Shown: positions 17,984 through 27,354, numbered from the stretch's first letter. The stretch: 63,788 nucleotides of DNA from Acidobacteriota bacterium (GCA_039931435.1 JBDTRY010000002.1:1-63788), one strand, 5' to 3'. Numbers and translations: made by a program. Notes: generated by a model not told the origin, from the sequence alone.

Positions 17984-19570
17984 TCATTCCGGCGCCTTCT
18001 TCCCGCGGATCGTCTCCAGCATCTTCGTCGCGTTCACGTTTCCGGGAGCGATGGCCAGGACCTTCTCGTAGTTCGCGATCGCTCCGTCGTGATCTCCCGT
18101 CGACTCCAGAGCTTCTCCGAGACTGTCGTAGGCGTTGGCCGACGCCGGAAACATTTCCACGTTCAAGGTGAAGATGGCTACGGCTTCGACCTTCTTTCCC
18201 TCCTTCAGAAGCTGATATCCGAGGGCGTTCAATTGCGGTTCGCTGAAGTTCCACTTCCCGGATTCCGATTTCCTGAGACTGCGGTACGCGGCGACGACTT
18301 CGTCGATGGAGTGTTTCGACAGGAGCTCGCCAAGGTGTGTGGCAATGGAAGGAAGTGCTCCAGCAGGAGTGGGTAGAACGTGGCCCGTCTTCACCCGGAG
18401 GTCGATCCGGTGAATGTTTGCGAAGTCTGTGAGCGGATTGCCTTGCAGGACCAGAAAACTGGCTTCGCACCCATCAGTCAGGCATCCGATCTTCCTCTTC
18501 GGAAATACCAGCCGCGCGGAGTCCATGGTAGCCATGCGCAGGAGCTGGAGATCCGAGAACACTCCCAGCCGGCGCACGTTCTCGATTTCGTCGACGACCG
18601 AGTGCGAACTGTCTGTGCCAAGGGCCACCCTCACGCCGGCCTGGCGAAGCAGGGCGAGGTTGCCTGCATGAAGCGAATCAATGTCGGATATCCCTGGAGT
18701 GGGACGGTGACTGAGCGTAGTCGTGACCACCCAGACACCTTTTTCGGCCGCCAGCTGCGCGTCGGCTGGTGTAAGCGGCTCCAGCGGCAGATGTGCGATG
18801 TCGTCCGCTCCGGCCAGTACGGCATTCCTGAAATCCGCGGCAGTGTCGATGTGCACACTCACGGGAAGCCCGGCAGCGTGGGCGCGACGAACGACGGCCT
18901 TGAGGACGGCCGGCGACAGACCGCGCTTTCCATAGAACGCCGGGTCCTTCCTCCGCTTCTCATACTCCTCGGAGTGCTCGAGGTACGCTTTGATGACCGC
19001 GGGCTTCGAGGCCAGGATGGCCGGCCAGATCTCACTCAGTTCTTTCTCATTGTCGGCGATCCAGTAGGCCTGATTGCGCATGCGCGCCGGCGGCCACTTC
19101 AACTGCGCGGCAACGGCGTCGAAAATCTGAACAGGGTGGCCCCCGCTGGACGTGATGCCGGCGCCGGCCCAGGCCACGTCCACACTCTCCGCATTGTTCA
19201 CCAGCGGCCGCACGGCGTCGGTGAGTTCGAGAACCCCGTTGAGATTGCGGGCGTAGAAGATGCCCTGAGAGAGATAGCGATCGAGTGGGGCGTCGAAGGT
19301 TGCGGTGAACTCATGCGTGTGTGCCTCCGCAAAAGGGGGAATGACGTAGCCGCCGTGCAGATCGACCGTTTCCGTCTCGCCCTGAAACTGCCCGCGGAGG
19401 GTTCCTTCGACTGAATAGACTTCCTGGTCCACGAATGTTTTACCGTCGAACCAGTGCCCGTTGATGAAGCGGCGGTTGCCGTGCGCAAACAGCAGCGATG
19501 GCAATAAAAGCATGACCGCGGCCATAACAAATTGACATTTGTCGATATTGTACGCGTAGCGAGTTTTCAT
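17984..19570 (-). CDS. Secreted amidohydrolase-family (metal-dependent hydrolase) protein with C-terminal TPR domain
   Basis: Signal-like N-terminus (..VMAAVMLLLPSLLFAHG). Amidohydrolase-like FAEAHTHEF, ..VSVHIDTAADF.. and ALGTDSSHS. TPR-like C-terminus (LNALGYQLLKEGKKVEAVAIFTLNVEMFPASANAYDSLGEALESTGDHDGAIANYEKVLAIAP). Alternative start at ATG 19525. Confidence 0.8.
   Translation of the reverse strand: MKTRYAYNIDKCQFVMAAVMLLLPSLLFAHGNRRFINGHWFDGKTFVDQEVYSVEGTLRGQFQGETETVDLHGGYVIPPFAEAHTHEFTATFDAPLDRYLSQGIFYARNLNGVLELTDAVRPLVNNAESVDVAWAGAGITSSGGHPVQIFDAVAAQLKWPPARMRNQAYWIADNEKELSEIWPAILASKPAVIKAYLEHSEEYEKRRKDPAFYGKRGLSPAVLKAVVRRAHAAGLPVSVHIDTAADFRNAVLAGADDIAHLPLEPLTPADAQLAAEKGVWVVTTTLSHRPTPGISDIDSLHAGNLALLRQAGVRVALGTDSSHSVVDEIENVRRLGVFSDLQLLRMATMDSARLVFPKRKIGCLTDGCEASFLVLQGNPLTDFANIHRIDLRVKTGHVLPTPAGALPSIATHLGELLSKHSIDEVVAAYRSLRKSESGKWNFSEPQLNALGYQLLKEGKKVEAVAIFTLNVEMFPASANAYDSLGEALESTGDHDGAIANYEKVLAIAPGNVNATKMLETIRGKKAPE
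19532..19545. promoter_or_regulatory. BlaI-operator-like dyad TTGACAttTGTCGA at the 5' end of the amidohydrolase gene
   Basis: 13 of 14 positions match the perfect dyad at 21120-21133. It lies in an AT-rich patch 3' of a TACAAT hexamer (19551-19546, minus strand). Confidence 0.4.
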
Positions 19571-19590
19571 GAGTGGGTTGATTCCTTCTC

Positions 19591-20685
19591 TCAGTGATGT
19601 GAGATGTGTGCGGTGTGGTCGTGATGGGCGGCTCGATGCAGCCCGGGCAGGAGGAGCAGTGAGGCGGCGAGGATCAGGGCCACTTCCAGGCCCAGAAGCC
19701 GGCGCCGGCGCCGGCGCTGAATCGATTCATCGGAGAGGCGGAGAACCCGTGGCGCCAGAGGATGCTGGCGGCGAGGGGAGATGCCAAGGACGGGGAATGG
19801 ATCACGGCCGGCGGAACGGGCAGCTTCGATGAGGGACAGCGAATATCCGCGGCTGTCGGCGACGGCTTCGGCCAGTACCCTGTCATCGCAACGCTCTTCC
19901 CGAGCCGCCCGCAGTTGCCGGACGAGAAGGTGGAAGACCGGGTTCCACCAATAGAAGGCGCCGAGGATGGCCTCCAGCCAGTTCACGGAGAGGTCCACCG
20001 AGGCAAGGTGGGCCATCTCGTGCGCCAGGATGTCGCGCAGGACGTTCTGATCCCCGCGGAGCGGTCCATCTCGTTGATCCATGACCCCGTCGCCTTCCAG
20101 GGCGAGCGCGGCTGGCGAGGGACCCGTTGCAGAGGCGACGGGTTCTGATGAGCGCAGATATGCGGCCCGGGCCGGAAGGACAATCACCGGACGCGTCGGC
20201 CCGGCAATGAAGGGCACCCTCGTTTCTTCGGATTGCACTACACGTGGCGACCGCACACCGAACCTCGCCGCCAGTTCGCTGACGATCGTATTCACGTCCG
20301 CCGTGGCTCGGCGGGAACGGGAAATCATCCGCAGCAAGCGCGCCTGACGGACCGCGATGAGTATCAACCCAACGACGAAGCCAGCGAGGTGAATGAGCAT
20401 GGCCACAACGATGAACGGCGAGACGAGCAGGTATTTTTCGACAGCCCACATCAGGCTGCTGCCGACGGCGGGGGAGGCGCTGAAGAGACCCGAGGGAAGC
20501 GGGAGCATGGGAGGAACGGCAAATTTGACCAGAGCAAGAAGCAGGAGAGCGTAGCGTAACGTAGAGCTGGCTCGCGGCACGAGGCGTACCGCGCCGAGAA
20601 GCAGCAGGGCCACGGCCACGGCCTGCCAGGTAGCGTGAAAAAGATGAACGGACCACTGTCGAGCGAGTAGGGTGAGGGCGTCCAT
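19591..20685 (-). CDS. M56-family (BlaR1/MecR1-like) membrane metalloprotease lacking a sensor domain, with His-rich C-terminal tail
   Basis: ILAHEMAHL zinc motif followed by WWNPVFHLLVRQLRAAREERCDDRVL (M56 signature region). Only 364 aa: after the last TM (LLGLEVALILAASLLLLPGL) the protein ends HRAAHHDHTAHISHH. Confidence 0.85.
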   Translation of the reverse strand: MDALTLLARQWSVHLFHATWQAVAVALLLLGAVRLVPRASSTLRYALLLLALVKFAVPPMLPLPSGLFSASPAVGSSLMWAVEKYLLVSPFIVVAMLIHLAGFVVGLILIAVRQARLLRMISRSRRATADVNTIVSELAARFGVRSPRVVQSEETRVPFIAGPTRPVIVLPARAAYLRSSEPVASATGPSPAALALEGDGVMDQRDGPLRGDQNVLRDILAHEMAHLASVDLSVNWLEAILGAFYWWNPVFHLLVRQLRAAREERCDDRVLAEAVADSRGYSLSLIEAARSAGRDPFPVLGISPRRQHPLAPRVLRLSDESIQRRRRRRLLGLEVALILAASLLLLPGLHRAAHHDHTAHISHH

Positions 20686-20687
20686 GG

Positions 20688-21098
20688 TCAGGGTTTCTTC
20701 CTACGCGTCTGCAGCCGGTCCACCATGCTCCGCAACTCCCTGGCCTCGGCGTCGGTCGGCGGGCGCACCGAGAGAAGCGTGGAGACAAGAGCGGCCGGGT
20801 CATCGTGAAAGACGCGGTCCAGGAGACGGGCGATCACACCCTTGTACGTGACATCGGCGGGCACGGTTGCAGAGTAGAGAAACGTCTTCCCTTTCTCTCC
20901 CTTTCGCCGCGTGACGAGCCCGCGCATTTCCAGTCTCCTCAGAAGCGTGGAGATTGACGCGTGGGTGATAGGACGAAACCTCTGCAGAGCTTCACGGACC
21001 GAGTTCGTATCCATCTCCCCACGTTCATGAAGCAGGACCAGAATCTCCAGTTCGGACTCGGGCGGAGGTGGAGGCGCCGGAGGTCGCTTTCGGGCCAT
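20688..21098 (-). CDS. BlaI/MecI/CopY-family transcriptional repressor
   Basis: 136 aa. Winged-helix pattern SELEILVLLHERGEMDTNSVREAL....HASISTLLRRLEMRGLVTRRKGEKGKTFLYSA. Lies 2 nt upstream of the M56 protease gene. Confidence 0.88.
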   Translation of the reverse strand: MARKRPPAPPPPPESELEILVLLHERGEMDTNSVREALQRFRPITHASISTLLRRLEMRGLVTRRKGEKGKTFLYSATVPADVTYKGVIARLLDRVFHDDPAALVSTLLSVRPPTDAEARELRSMVDRLQTRRKKP

Positions 21099-21104
21099 CG
21101 ATGA

Positions 21105-21133
21105 AATGTAGAAGTGAAATTGACAGATGTCAA
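21105..21133 (-). promoter_or_regulatory. Sigma70-like promoter with embedded perfect dyad operator; predicts a leaderless blaI transcript
   Basis: Minus strand: TTGACA (21133-21128), 17 nt, TACATT (21110-21105), then ATG 7 nt after the -10. The -35 is half of the perfect palindrome TTGACAtcTGTCAA (21120-21133), similar in form to staphylococcal BlaI TTACAnnTGTAA operators. Confidence 0.55.
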
Positions 21134-21184
21134 GTTACGATCTAAGCGTGAACGTGAGGTTGCAGGATCGTGCCTCTCCTCGTG

Positions 21185-21265
21185 GCAACCGGGAAGGTGG
21201 AAGAGATCCTTCGCTCGACGCTTCAGGATGACATGCCGCGGAAGTCGTGTCATTCACGCCACACC
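21185..21265 (+). repeat. Dispersed intergenic repeat, full composite A+B copy (reference copy)
   Basis: gcaaccgggaaggtggaagagatccttcgctcgacgcttcaggatgacatgccgcggaagtcgtgtcattcacgccacacc. Followed by ..ccgctcgggatgaccag at 21283-21300. Confidence 0.85.
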
Positions 21266-21371
21266 TGCGCCTGTGCGGTTCCACCGCTCGGGATGACCAG
21301 TTTCCCGAGAGGGTGAAGCGCGTTCTAATCGAGGTGTCGAGCGAAGATCTCACAGCAGTTTTCTGCCAGCG

Positions 21372-21620
21372 ATGAAGGCCTCGGTCGAACGGATTACACC
21401 GCAGGGAACGATTCGCTTCCTGTCACCCGTTCCTTTTGTATGGGATCCCGAGCACATCATCATCGGTCCGGATGGATTGCCATGGGTGGGAAGCGGCACC
21501 CGGACTCCAGCGGAGATCATGGAGATCGACCGGAGCGTTCGTTTCAGGCCGGTCGGCTACGGTCTGAGCTGGCCTGAAGTTCTTCAATCAGCCGAGTCTT
21601 GCAACCTGCTTGTCCAGTAA
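21372..21620 (+). CDS. Small hypothetical ORF, possibly a relic of a beta-propeller repeat protein
   Basis: 82 aa. ITPQGTIRF...GPDGLPW is reminiscent of single Vgb/NHL-type blades. Codon bias is weak and no RBS is visible. Confidence 0.3.
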   Translation: MKASVERITPQGTIRFLSPVPFVWDPEHIIIGPDGLPWVGSGTRTPAEIMEIDRSVRFRPVGYGLSWPEVLQSAESCNLLVQ

Positions 21621-21639
21621 CGGCCAACGTTCCCGTTCA

Positions 21640-21668
21640 TTGACGCATCTGTCACGTCTCTGTAGGAT
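21640..21668 (+). promoter_or_regulatory. Candidate sigma70 promoter of the kinase pair
   Basis: TTGACG (21640-21645), 17 nt, TAGGAT (21663-21668). GGAGG at 21681-21685 lies 6 nt before TTG start 21692. Confidence 0.4.
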
Positions 21669-21691
21669 CGACTTCCCTGCGGAGGCAACAC

Positions 21692-23905
21692 TTGCTTGGA
21701 AAAACGATCTCGCATTACCAGATCACCTCGCAGCTTGGCAGCGGGGGTATGGGTGTGGTCTATGAGGCAGAGGACTCTCACCTCGGCCGCCGCGTGGCCC
21801 TGAAGTTTCTTCCCGAAGCTATGGCCATGAACGAGGCCGCGCTGCAGCGTTTTCAGCGCGAGGCCCGTGCCGCCTCGGCTCTGAATCATCCGGGCATCTG
21901 TACCATTCACGGCATCGAGCAGCACGAAGGCAATCACTTCATCGTCATGGAGCTCCTCGAGGGCGAAACGCTGTCGGAGGTAATCCGTCGCGGACCGCTG
22001 GAGATCTCCGTGCTGCTGGAGATGGCCATTCAGATCGTCGATGCCCTGGAGTCGGCGCACGCCAAAGGCATCGTCCATCGGGATCTCAAACCGGCCAACA
22101 TTTTCGTCAACTCACGGAATCAGGTGAAGATCCTCGACTTTGGCCTGGCCAAGATCGATGTGAGCAAGAAGCCAGGCGACGGCGATGGATCGGCCATGGT
22201 CACTGCCGTTCGTCAGGAGGAGCTCACCCAGCAGGGCTCCACGATCGGAACGATCTCCTATATGTCGCCGGAACAGGCCCGCGGACAACTGACGGACGCG
22301 CGTACGGATCTATTCTCTTTCGGAACGGTCCTCTACCAGATGGCCACAGGAGTCCTGCCGTTCCAGGGGGACACGTCCGCGGTGATCTTCGACTTCATCC
22401 TCAACCGCGAGCCTCGCGAGATCGTCGAGGTCAATCCGAACCTTCCCGCGGCGCTGAATGGCATCATCATCAAAGCGCTGGAAAAAGACCGGTCGCTGCG
22501 TTACCAGACGGCCACCGATCTGAAAACCGATCTTCTTCGATTGCGAAGAAAACTCGACTCCGGATCCCGTCCCTCTGCCTCGTCAGATTCGAGACGAGCC
22601 GCCGGAGAGAGCGAAAGCGTGGCCCGGTCCATCGCCGTACTCTATTTTGAAAACCTGAGCGGCGTGAACGACGACGAGTATCTGAGAGATGGCGTGACCG
22701 AGGACATCATCACCGAGCTTTCCAAGATCAAAGGGCTGAAGACGTTTTCCAGAACGGCGGTGCTCTCGTTCCGCGACAAGGAAGTATCCACGGATCAGAT
22801 CGGACGGCAGCTCGGCGCCGCCTACATTCTCACGGGAAGCATCCGCCGCTCGGGCGTGCGCCTGCGCATCAACACGCAACTGGTGGATACGCAGACAGAC
22901 TTTCCTCTCTGGTCGGAACGATACGACCGGGAGATGAAGGACGTATTCGAGCTGCAGGACGAGATCGCGCACAAGATTGCCGACGCCTTGCGCATCACGC
23001 TCTCTCCTCAGGAACAGAAAGCCATCGCCCAGAAGCCGACGGAGAACGTGCAGGCCTACGACATCTACCTTCGGGCCAAGAGCTACGAGCGGCGGCGCAC
23101 GAGGCAGGACCTGGAGTTCGCTCTGCAGGTCTACGAAAATGCTATCGCTCTCGATCCGAATTTTGCGCTGGCCCATGCCGGGATCGCCAACGTCTGCACG
23201 TTGTACTACTTCGATTACGGGCGGTCCGAGAAGTGGATGCAACGGGCCATGGCCGCGGCCGAACGTGCCCGGGAGCTGGGACAGGGTCAGCCGGAAGTGC
23301 TCATGGCCGAGGCCTGGATCCGCTACAAGGAAGGGCGCCACGACGAGGCGCAGGAACTGGTCGGGAGAGCAATCGCTCAGAAGCCGGACTGTGAGGGCGC
23401 CTATTACCTGCTCGGCCGTTCCCTGTTCAGCGTGGGCAAGTATCAGGAGCTGGTGGACATGGCCGAGCGGGCCCTGGAAGCCGCCGGTGACGACTACAAC
23501 GTCTTCGTTCCGATCATGAACACCCTGGCGGCCATGGGCAAAGAGGAGCAGCACCGCAACATCCGGCAGCGGGCCATACTCACCCTGGAAGGGCAGATCA
23601 TGAAGGTACCGGAAGACGCCCGTGCCCGATCGCTGCTGGCTTCGTACTACGCAGAACTGAATCGTCCCGAGGATGCCAAACGGGAAATGCAGTTCGCGGT
23701 GACGCTCCGTCCCAACGACCCCACGCTGTATTACAACTGCGCCTGTACCTACACGAAGTTGTTGATGAAGTCGGAGGCGCTTGAGTCACTGAAGCGTGCC
23801 TCCGAGGCAGGGTACAAGGACACGGAGTGGGTGCGTCGCGATCCCGACCTCGAGGCCCTGCATGGCGACCCCGAATTCGAGCGGCTCTATCCTGCCAGCA
23901 GCTGA
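21692..23905 (+). CDS. Ser/Thr protein kinase with C-terminal TolB-N-like + TPR module (paralogue 1)
   Basis: Hanks kinase motifs [30 protein letters not shown] and SYMSPEQ. No TM segment. C-terminal [12 protein letters not shown]...TPR repeats. Confidence 0.92.
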   Translation: MLGKTISHYQITSQLGSGGMGVVYEAEDSHLGRRVALKFLPEAMAMNEAALQRFQREARAASALNHPGICTIHGIEQHEGNHFIVMELLEGETLSEVIRRGPLEISVLLEMAIQIVDALESAHAKGIVHRDLKPANIFVNSRNQVKILDFGLAKIDVSKKPGDGDGSAMVTAVRQEELTQQGSTIGTISYMSPEQARGQLTDARTDLFSFGTVLYQMATGVLPFQGDTSAVIFDFILNREPREIVEVNPNLPAALNGIIIKALEKDRSLRYQTATDLKTDLLRLRRKLDSGSRPSASSDSRRAAGESESVARSIAVLYFENLSGVNDDEYLRDGVTEDIITELSKIKGLKTFSRTAVLSFRDKEVSTDQIGRQLGAAYILTGSIRRSGVRLRINTQLVDTQTDFPLWSERYDREMKDVFELQDEIAHKIADALRITLSPQEQKAIAQKPTENVQAYDIYLRAKSYERRRTRQDLEFALQVYENAIALDPNFALAHAGIANVCTLYYFDYGRSEKWMQRAMAAAERARELGQGQPEVLMAEAWIRYKEGRHDEAQELVGRAIAQKPDCEGAYYLLGRSLFSVGKYQELVDMAERALEAAGDDYNVFVPIMNTLAAMGKEEQHRNIRQRAILTLEGQIMKVPEDARARSLLASYYAELNRPEDAKREMQFAVTLRPNDPTLYYNCACTYTKLLMKSEALESLKRASEAGYKDTEWVRRDPDLEALHGDPEFERLYPASS

Positions 23906-23918
23906 GGGGAACGACGTC

Positions 23919-26123
23919 ATGATCGGCCAGGACATCTCACACTACCGCGTTCTCTCGCAGCTCGGCCAGGGCGGCATGGGCGTGGTTTACGAAGCAGAAG
24001 ACACGAAGCTCGGACGGAGAGTGGCCCTGAAGTTTCTCCCGCCGGAGATGGCCAACGACGATGCCGCCCTGCAGCGCTTCCAGCGTGAAGCGCGCGCGGC
24101 ATCCGCGCTGAATCATCCGGGAATCTGTACGGTCTACGCCATCGAACAGCACGGCCGCGAACACTTCATCGTCATGGAACTGCTGGAGGGTGAGACGCTG
24201 GCCGAGCTCATTCGCCGAGGTCCTGCGGAGATCGGCTCGTTGCTCAACGTGGCCATCGAGATCGCGGACGCACTCGAGTCCGCTCATACGAGAGGGATCG
24301 TTCATCGCGATCTCAAACCGGCGAACATTTTCATCAATGGACGTGGTCAGGCCAAGATCCTCGACTTCGGCCTGGCGAAGATCGAGGCCTCGCGAAGCGG
24401 CGGGGACGGTGGATCAGCGATGGTCACTGCAGTGCGGCCCGACGAGCTGACCAAGGCGGGTTCCACGATCGGCACCGTGTCCTACATGTCGCCGGAGCAG
24501 GCTCGCGGCCAGCTCACGGACGCCCGCACCGATCTGTTTTCGCTGGGCACGGTCCTCTACCAGATGGCAACTGGCGTCCTTCCATTTCAGGGCGAAACGT
24601 CGGCGGTGATCTTCGATTCCCTGCTCAATCGCGAGCCTGCATCCGTCGTTCAGGTCAATCCTTCACTGCCACCTCAGTTGGGGATGATTCTGTCCAAAGC
24701 CCTGGAGAAGGACCGCAGTCTGCGCTATCAGACAGCCACGGAGATGAAGACCGACTTTCTCCGCCTGCGCCGTGATCTGGATTCCGGCGACCGCCAGGCG
24801 ACCTCGCTGTCGGACTCACGCGGCGGACAGAAGCAGTCGGAGCGGTCCATCGCCGTGCTCTATTTCGAAAATCTCAGCGGCATCAAGGAAGACGAATATC
24901 TGCGAGACGGTGTAACCGAGGACATCATCACGGAGTTGTCCAAGATCAAAGGATTGAAGTCCTACTCCCGCACAGCGGTGATGGGATTCCGGGACAAGAG
25001 TGCCACGACGACACAGGTCGGTCAGCAGCTGGGAGCGGCGTACGTTCTCACCGGCAGCATCCGCCGCTCGGGAATGCGTCTGCGTATCAACGCTCAACTC
25101 GTTGACGCAGCGACAGATTTTCCGCTCTGGTCGGAACGCTACGATCGGGAAATGAAAGACGTCTTCGAGCTCCAGGACGAAATCGCGCACAAGATCGCCG
25201 ACGCCCTGCGGGTGACACTGACACCGCAGGAGCAGGAAGCTATCGCCTCCAAGCCTACGCAGAACCTGCAGGCCTACGACCAATATCTTCGTGGCAAGAG
25301 CTACGCCCGACGGAACACGAGGCAGGATATCGAGTTCGCATTGCAGATGTTCGAGAATGCCGTGGCTCTCGACCCGAACTTTTCTCTGGCCTGGGCGGCG
25401 ATCGCCAACGCCTGCGCCCAGAACCACTACGACTACAACCGGAACCGTAATTGGATCGAACGTTCCATCGCTGCCAGCCAGCGAGCCACCTCGCTCAATC
25501 GGGACGCTCCTGAAGTGCTCGTGGCAGAAGGCTGGATCCTGTACGCCGAGGGAAAGTTCGACGACGCCGTGCGCAGGGTGCGAGAGGCGATCAGCCGCAA
25601 GTCCGACTGCGAGGCCGCGTACTACCTTCTGGGGCGAACACTCTTTGCCGCCGGTCGCTATCAGGAAGTCGTGGATATGACCGAGGAGGCCGTAGCCGCG
25701 TCTGGTGAGGACTACAACATCTATGTGCCGATCCTCAACGCCGCCGGGGCCATCGGCAAGAGCGAAGTATCGAGGAACATTCAGCAGCTCACAGTCCAGG
25801 CTCTGGAGGCGCATCTTACGAAGGTGCCCGAGGACGCACGGGCCCGGGCCATCCTCGCCGGCGTGTATGCCGAAGCTGGCCGGGGAGAAGATGCCATGCG
25901 GGAGCTGAATCTGGCCATGGCCCTTCGACCGAATGAAGCGACGGTTCTATACAACATTGCCTGCACCTACTGCCTGCTGGACCGACGTGCGGAAGGGCTG
26001 GCGGCACTTAAAAAATCATGGGAGGCGGGGTTCACGGACTCGAGCTGGGTGCGGAGGGATCCGATGCTCTCCATTCTCCACGACGACCCGGAGTTCGAAC
26101 GGCTGTACCCGGAGACTGCGTAA
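23919..26123 (+). CDS. Ser/Thr protein kinase with C-terminal TolB-N-like + TPR module (paralogue 2)
   Basis: Start moved to ATG 23919 (GAGGGGA 8 nt upstream), in frame with ORF 23796. About 75-80% identical by eye to the upstream kinase across the kinase domain. Confidence 0.9.
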   Translation: MIGQDISHYRVLSQLGQGGMGVVYEAEDTKLGRRVALKFLPPEMANDDAALQRFQREARAASALNHPGICTVYAIEQHGREHFIVMELLEGETLAELIRRGPAEIGSLLNVAIEIADALESAHTRGIVHRDLKPANIFINGRGQAKILDFGLAKIEASRSGGDGGSAMVTAVRPDELTKAGSTIGTVSYMSPEQARGQLTDARTDLFSLGTVLYQMATGVLPFQGETSAVIFDSLLNREPASVVQVNPSLPPQLGMILSKALEKDRSLRYQTATEMKTDFLRLRRDLDSGDRQATSLSDSRGGQKQSERSIAVLYFENLSGIKEDEYLRDGVTEDIITELSKIKGLKSYSRTAVMGFRDKSATTTQVGQQLGAAYVLTGSIRRSGMRLRINAQLVDAATDFPLWSERYDREMKDVFELQDEIAHKIADALRVTLTPQEQEAIASKPTQNLQAYDQYLRGKSYARRNTRQDIEFALQMFENAVALDPNFSLAWAAIANACAQNHYDYNRNRNWIERSIAASQRATSLNRDAPEVLVAEGWILYAEGKFDDAVRRVREAISRKSDCEAAYYLLGRTLFAAGRYQEVVDMTEEAVAASGEDYNIYVPILNAAGAIGKSEVSRNIQQLTVQALEAHLTKVPEDARARAILAGVYAEAGRGEDAMRELNLAMALRPNEATVLYNIACTYCLLDRRAEGLAALKKSWEAGFTDSSWVRRDPMLSILHDDPEFERLYPETA

Positions 26124-26235
26124 GCGTTCCACCTCGGGAACAGTCGCGTTCGGTCGAATGCCTCGGGCAAGGGTGACGATTATGCCTGGCGGCCACTGGC
26201 CTTCGAGCATTTGCGATCGGCATTACCATGAGGGC

Positions 26236-27354
26236 ATGCTCCGAAGGCTGCTCCTCACACTCATCGCCATAGCATCCTGCGCACCCTTGCGAGGTTCGTT
26301 TTCGATTCCCATCCGTCTTTCGCTGCCCGCGGAGTTCAACGCCACCGCTCTCGTAGCTGCCGATTTTGACGGTGATCGTAATCTCGATCTGGCGGTGGCT
26401 GGTGAGTCCGGGCGACTGATCGTTTTTCTCAATAGTGGCAAAGGCGGCTTCCGATCCACAGGACCGTACGATGCCGGCCCTCACCCCTCATCGCTTGCTG
26501 CGGCGGACATGGATGGGGACGGCAACTGCGATCTGGTGGTGGCAAATCATGAGACGCAGTCTCTCACTCTGCTCTCCGGGGACGGCAGGGGTCACTTCTC
26601 TTCACGGCAGCTTCCGGTTCATTCGGAGCCTCATCCACACGCCATCGCCGTCGCGGACTTTGACGGCGACAGGCGCATGGACATCGTCGTTGACAGCTGG
26701 ATGGAAAACCGTCTCATGATCCTTTCCGGGCGGAACGGTTGGCAGGCTCCGGGACTGCCGGTGGAAGTCGGAAGAAAACCGTACTGGAATATCGCTGTTG
26801 CCGATCTCGACGGCGACGGGTCGACCGATATCGTTGTTCCCAATCAGGGGCGCGGTACCGTTTCGGTCCTCCTCGGGGATGGTCATGCTCACCTTCGCCA
26901 TGCCTCCGGATCGCCATTCTCCGCCGGAGCTCTTCCGTTCTCGGTCGCCGTCGGCGATATGAACGGAGATCATCGTCCCGATATCGCCGTTGTCAACTAT
27001 TCAGGGCACGTCAGTGATACCGCAGGCGACGGGCTCACCTGGATACGGAACGACGGACAGGGCCGATTCACCGCCATGCCTGATCGGGTAGCCTCCGGAC
27101 GCTATTCAGCCCGGGTCACGACAGGGGATGTCAACGGCGACGGTTACGACGACGTGGCCTTCAGCAACACAGCGTCGAGAACGGTTTCCATCGTCTACGG
27201 CTCGCGCCGCGGTCCGAGAAATGCCGCCAGCGTCATGACTATGAACGCACCGCACGCACTGCTCCTGGCGGACCTGGACGGGGATGGCCGATCGGATCTG
27301 GCCGTCTCCGGGGATGGTTCGACGGAATTGCGTGTCTACTTTTCACGCCAATGA
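26236..27354 (+). CDS. FG-GAP/VCBS-repeat secreted protein
   Basis: Start moved to ATG 26236 (MLRRLLLTLIAIASCAPL signal). Repeated motifs: DFDGDRNLDLAV, DMDGDGNCDLVV, DFDGDRRMDIVV, DLDGDGSTDIVV, DMNGDHRPDIAV, DVNGDGYDDVAF, DLDGDGRSDLAV. Confidence 0.88.
   Translation: MLRRLLLTLIAIASCAPLRGSFSIPIRLSLPAEFNATALVAADFDGDRNLDLAVAGESGRLIVFLNSGKGGFRSTGPYDAGPHPSSLAAADMDGDGNCDLVVANHETQSLTLLSGDGRGHFSSRQLPVHSEPHPHAIAVADFDGDRRMDIVVDSWMENRLMILSGRNGWQAPGLPVEVGRKPYWNIAVADLDGDGSTDIVVPNQGRGTVSVLLGDGHAHLRHASGSPFSAGALPFSVAVGDMNGDHRPDIAVVNYSGHVSDTAGDGLTWIRNDGQGRFTAMPDRVASGRYSARVTTGDVNGDGYDDVAFSNTASRTVSIVYGSRRGPRNAASVMTMNAPHALLLADLDGDGRSDLAVSGDGSTELRVYFSRQ

Noticed and set aside
21640-21655. TTGACGcatcTGTCAc upstream of the first kinase, considered as a third BlaI operator.
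   Set aside because: The spacer is 4 nt rather than 2 and the half-sites are imperfect. The match is largely explained by the -35 hexamer itself. This is too weak to claim.
23796-23918. N-terminal 41-codon extension of the second kinase ORF, overlapping the end of the first kinase.
   Set aside because: The extension overlaps the upstream CDS and has Arg/Pro-rich junk composition. ATG 23919 has a GAGGGGA RBS, and the product then aligns residue-for-residue with the N-terminus of the first kinase.
25933-26235. Upstream 101 codons of ORF 25933-27354.
   Set aside because: It overlaps the 3' end of the kinase gene. A signal peptide begins at ATG 26236.
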